Assembly (NCBI GenBank): GCA_018221125.1
Contig: JAAOYC010000018.1
Coordinates: 1 to 40,511, forward strand
Reading direction: 5' to 3'
Source of the DNA: Candidatus Woesearchaeota archaeon
GTDB lineage: Archaea; Nanobdellota; Nanobdellia; Woesearchaeales; WJKL01
Length of the DNA: 40,511 nt
The notes beneath the pieces are model-generated. The model had not been told where the DNA came from. It worked only from the letters and a program-made list of their open reading frames with translations, and did no database searches. Made by a program: the position numbers and the translations under genes. Every line of letters begins with the position of its first letter. The first letter of the stretch is position 1. Of the stretch, positions 37,304-40,511 are shown in pieces.

Positions 37304-37759
37304 ATGGCTAGAATGCATTCAAGGAAAAAAGGCAAGGCTGGTTCAAAAAGGCCTGTTAAGAAAAAAACACCATCCTGGGTAAGATATAATGCCAAGGAAG
37401 TTGAGATGTTAATAACAAAGCTGGCAAAAGAGGAGAAAACCCCTTCACAGATTGGATTGATATTAAGGGACTTGTATGGTATTCCAGACATCAAATGTGT
37501 TGTTGGAAAAAGGGTAACAAAAGTATTGGAAGAGAAAAAACTATTGTCAAAACTTCCAGAAGATCTGCTTGCTTTGATTAAGAAAAGCATCAAATTAAGA
37601 AAACATGTTGAAAACAATCATAAAGATGAATCTGTTAAAAGAGGATTGACATTAACTGAAAGCAAGATCAAGAGACTTATCAAATATTACAAAAGAACAG
37701 GAAAGATCGAAGAGGATTGGAAATATCAGCCAGACAGAGTCAGGATGTACATTGAATAA
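37304..37759 (+). CDS. rps15: 30S ribosomal protein uS15 (S15P/S13e)
   Basis: MARMHSRKKGKAGSKRP, PSQIGLILRD, LPEDL, ESKIKRLIKYYK. Confidence 0.98.
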   Translation: MARMHSRKKGKAGSKRPVKKKTPSWVRYNAKEVEMLITKLAKEEKTPSQIGLILRDLYGIPDIKCVVGKRVTKVLEEKKLLSKLPEDLLALIKKSIKLRKHVENNHKDESVKRGLTLTESKIKRLIKYYKRTGKIEEDWKYQPDRVRMYIE

Positions 37760-39161
37760 GATGCAGGAAAATTACAATAAGTTCTATGCATCTTTTGAGA
37801 AAGCAGTAGAAAGATTCAGGAAATGGGATAAATCTGAAACAATCCAGATTATATCTCATCTTGATGCTGATGGAATAAGCGCATGCGCAATATTGACGAG
37901 CGTATTGAATAAAGACAACAGAAAGTATGTTGTTTCTATCCTTCCTCAGCTTGCAAAAGACAAGATAGAAGAGATAGCTGGCAGCGAAGGCAGGCATATT
38001 ATTTTTGCTGACCTGGGCTCAGGGCAGATCAAAGATATCAAAGAATTGCTTAAGGATAAGGAAGTTCTGATTCTTGACCATCATCAGCCAGAAGAAGCTG
38101 AAGCTGATAATATAACCCATATAAATCCGCACCTGTTTGGGATAGATGGCTCTAAAGAGATTTCTGGAGCAGGAGTTGTGTACTTATTTGCAAAAGCATT
38201 GGATAAGGAAAATGTAAATCTTGCGCATATTGCTGTTATTGGAGCAATAGGGGATGTTCAGGAAGATAAAGGATTTTTGCATCTGAATCAGAAGATAGTT
38301 GAAGAAGCTGTTGAGAATGAGAAGATAAAAGTCAAAACAGGATTAAGGTTATTTGGGATGCAGACAAAGCCAGTGCATAAGGTTCTTGAGTACAGTAGTG
38401 ACCCTTATATTCCAGGAGTTAGCGGAAGTGAATCAGGAGCAATCCAATTTCTGCATCAGATAGGTGTTGAGCCAAAAGCAGAAAATAAATGGAAGAAGAT
38501 AGTGGATCTTAATGACGAAGAAATGCAGAAGCTTGTAGCAGGGATAATAATGAAAAGATTTGGAGAGGAGAATCCTGATGATGTATTGGGGAATATATAT
38601 ATTTTTCCTGATGAAGAAGAAGGAACTCCCACAAGGGATGCAAAGGAATTTGCTACTTTACTGAATGCCTGCGGAAGAATGGACAAGGCTTCTTTTGGGA
38701 TCGGAACCTGCTTGGGAATCAAAAAAGACAGGCAAAAAGCACTTGAAACTTTATCTGAATATAAAAGAGCGATTGTCCAGGCCTTGAATTGGTATAATGA
38801 ACACAAAGAAATCATGATACAGGGAGATGGATTTATTGTAATAAATGCAGAAGACAATATTCCTGCAACTATAATAGGAACATTAGCTTCTATTCTGTCC
38901 AAGTCAAATGGCATGAAAGAGGGAACTTATGTACTTTCCCTGGCAAGGGCAGATGATAACATGACAAAGATTAGCTTGAGGATTAGCGGGTTGAGGAACC
39001 AGGATATTGATCTAAGAGATATTTTAAAAGAGATTGTTGATGAAATTGGTGGAGAAGCAGGAGGGCATCAGTATGCTGCAGGAGCTTTGATTGACAATGA
39101 GACAGAACAGGAATTTTTGAAAGCTGCTGAGAAAATTTTGTCTGGCAAAGGAAAAGTTTAA
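37752..39161 (+). CDS. DHH/DHHA1 phosphoesterase (RecJ-like)
   Basis: HLDADG, DLGSG, LDHH, GAIGD, LNACGR, GGH..AAG; known archaeal linkage to rps15. Confidence 0.92.
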   Translation: MNKMQENYNKFYASFEKAVERFRKWDKSETIQIISHLDADGISACAILTSVLNKDNRKYVVSILPQLAKDKIEEIAGSEGRHIIFADLGSGQIKDIKELLKDKEVLILDHHQPEEAEADNITHINPHLFGIDGSKEISGAGVVYLFAKALDKENVNLAHIAVIGAIGDVQEDKGFLHLNQKIVEEAVENEKIKVKTGLRLFGMQTKPVHKVLEYSSDPYIPGVSGSESGAIQFLHQIGVEPKAENKWKKIVDLNDEEMQKLVAGIIMKRFGEENPDDVLGNIYIFPDEEEGTPTRDAKEFATLLNACGRMDKASFGIGTCLGIKKDRQKALETLSEYKRAIVQALNWYNEHKEIMIQGDGFIVINAEDNIPATIIGTLASILSKSNGMKEGTYVLSLARADDNMTKISLRISGLRNQDIDLRDILKEIVDEIGGEAGGHQYAAGALIDNETEQEFLKAAEKILSGKGKV

Positions 39162-39188
39162 AAACCAGTAATGCTAATTTATTCTAAA

Positions 39189-39431
39189 ATGGATTATAAA
39201 ACTAAGTCTGTATTAACAGTTACTGTTCTAGCTTTATTTATGATTGTAACAGCTGTTTTCATAAACAATCTTGATGGCTCAATAACAGGAGCAACTGTAA
39301 AAACCATGTGCAATTGTGATAAAGATAAAGATTGTGATGATGGAGATGCATGCACAGAAGATATCTGCCTGTATGCAGATAATTGCGAAGCAGCTTTATG
39401 TGTGAATAAAGAAATAGAAAATTGTAAATAA
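39189..39431 (+). CDS. Small membrane-anchored Cys-rich protein
   Basis: N-terminal TM, SITGAT motif, CDDGDACTEDIC repeat unit. Confidence 0.75.
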   Translation: MDYKTKSVLTVTVLALFMIVTAVFINNLDGSITGATVKTMCNCDKDKDCDDGDACTEDICLYADNCEAALCVNKEIENCK

Positions 39432-39435
39432 AAAA

Positions 39436-39708
39436 TTATAAAATATTTCTGATGCTTGCGATATTGTCAGCAACATCACTGCCTTTCTTTGTCAATGTAA
39501 GAAGCTTTAATCTTCCTTGTTTTTCAAAGTTGATTAAAGAAGCTTTTTCCATTTCCTGAAGAATTTTTACGACGTGAGAATATGTGCAGTCAATCTGTTT
39601 TGCTAATGATGAGGCATACATTGCTCCTTTTGTATTCTTTAGTCCAACTAACATCATAGCCGGTTTTTCCCGGAAAAAAATGTTAAAAATTTTTTCTTTT
39701 TCACTCAT
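39436..39708 (-). CDS. Winged helix-turn-helix (MarR-like) DNA-binding protein
   Basis: ASSLAKQIDCTYSHVVKILQEMEKASLI, GR...LTLTKKG wing; GGGGGT RBS. Confidence 0.88.
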   Translation of the reverse strand: MSEKEKIFNIFFREKPAMMLVGLKNTKGAMYASSLAKQIDCTYSHVVKILQEMEKASLINFEKQGRLKLLTLTKKGSDVADNIASIRNIL

Positions 39709-39819
39709 GTTATTACCCCCAAAGTATATAGTCGATAATATATATTTGTAAATATCTGTAGAAATTACACCTTTATATATTTATCGATTTTGTTATTTTT
39801 TAAGACGAGACTGTTGTAT

Positions 39820-39912
39820 AAGACAATCGAAACCAAATAATTAGTTGAGCACTGGTCACTGGACAAGACAATCGCGAGTCCAGATAACCAGTTAAGCACT
39901 GGTCACTGGACA
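39820..39912 (+). repeat. Imperfect 45-47 bp tandem duplication carrying motif copies 4 (39850-39865) and 5 (39897-39912)
   Basis: AAGACAATCG...ATAAYYAGTTRAGCACTGGTCACTGGAC twice; second motif 15 bp upstream of TATATAAA. Confidence 0.85.
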
Positions 39913-39959
39913 AGTACCTCCATAAACTATATAAATCAATTAGAAATTCTTTTAGTATA

Positions 39960-40511
39960 ATGTCTGTCGATGAAGGCCTAAGGGAATTGTTGTTTCCCTA
40001 CAAAGAAGTTAGGAGGATCCAGGATGATCTTATCAAAGAAGTTGATAATTCTATTAAGTTCAAGAGGAATCTGATTGTACATGCTCCAACTGGATTAGGG
40101 AAAACAGCTGCAACATTGCCAATGGCTTTGTCTCATGCAGTAAAGAATGGACTGACTGTCTTTTTTTTGACGTCAAGGCATACCCAGCATCTAATTGCAT
40201 TGGAGACTTTGAAAGATATAAAGAAAAAATATGACAAGGAAATAATTGCAGTTGATCTGATTGGGAAGAAATGGATGTGCCCTGTTCCTGGAACAGACGA
40301 GCTGAGCAGTTTTGAGTTTACTGAATATTGCAAATCAATGCGAGGAGATAATAAATGCGAGTTTTTTGTCAATTCAAGAAAGAAATCTGGCAGGCCGACA
40401 TTAAAAGCAGAGAAAGCTGTTATTGATTTAAAGAAATTAAGCCCCTGTCATTGCGAGAATCTGGTTGAATATTGTACAGAAGAAAAAATATGCCCTTATG
40501 AAATCTCTACC
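39960..40511 (+). CDS. XPD/Rad3/DinG-family Fe-S DNA helicase (5' part, runs off the window)
   Basis: Manual translation MSVDEGLRELLFPYKEVRRIQ...HAPTGLGKT...TSRHTQ...GKKWMC...YC...C...CPYE: Q motif, Walker A and Fe-S cysteines. Confidence 0.9.
   Translation, partial: MSVDEGLRELLFPYKEVRRIQDDLIKEVDNSIKFKRNLIVHAPTGLGKTAATLPMALSHAVKNGLTVFFLTSRHTQHLIALETLKDIKKKYDKEIIAVDLIGKKWMCPVPGTDELSSFEFTEYCKSMRGDNKCEFFVNSRKKSGRPTLKAEKAVIDLKKLSPCHCENLVEYCTEEKICPYEIST

Noticed and set aside
39885..39894. TAACCAGTTA matches the tRNA-Thr intron region in reverse
   Set aside because: 10-bp AT-rich quasi-palindrome not conserved in the neighbouring repeat unit; chance is likely
5224..39912. 16-bp motif as a replichore-polarised (KOPS/Chi-like) signal
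   Set aside because: It occurs on both strands within 40 kb and its orientation follows the adjacent promoter
39820..39915. Mini CRISPR array
   Set aside because: Only two units, the intervening sequences are similar to each other (tandem duplication), other copies are solitary, and there are no cas genes
272..40372. Numerous antisense or nested ORFs in the track (e.g. 272-556, 9023-9481, 17726-18163, 24363-24818, 38456-38914, 40133-40372)
   Set aside because: Shadow frames of well-supported genes, with Ser/Phe/Ile-biased composition and no motifs

Overview
AT-rich archaeal chromosome segment. Gene content and style (YchF, GatDE, deoxyhypusine synthase, archease-RtcB, Orc1/Cdc6, CDC48, PIN-KH ATPase, uS15-DHH, XPD, bacterial-type Adk, TATA promoters, GGTGA ribosome-binding sites) suggest a DPANN archaeon, probably Woesearchaeota-like (inference). 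It is mostly housekeeping genes plus four tRNA genes, all intron-containing. Most notable: (1) an exact 16-bp motif CACTGGTCACTGGACA present five times at four loci, each time co-oriented with and 13-15 bp upstream of a TATA-like box, in front of two free-standing LAGLIDADG genes, an unannotated Zn-finger microprotein and an XPD helicase; (2) both LAGLIDADG genes sit directly upstream of intron-containing tRNAs, and one uses the tRNA itself as its stop codon; (3) an initiator tRNA-Met with three bulge-helix-bulge (BHB) introns at 13/14, 37/38 and 43/44; (4) recurrent 24-51 bp double-hairpin insertions with a target / reverse-complement / target (X-X'-X) architecture; (5) a stand-alone voltage-sensor-like protein, a Cys-rich PEF-CTERM protein and a structured uS15 leader. 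No CRISPR array, rRNA or transposase was seen. All calls come from reading the sequence; no searches were run.
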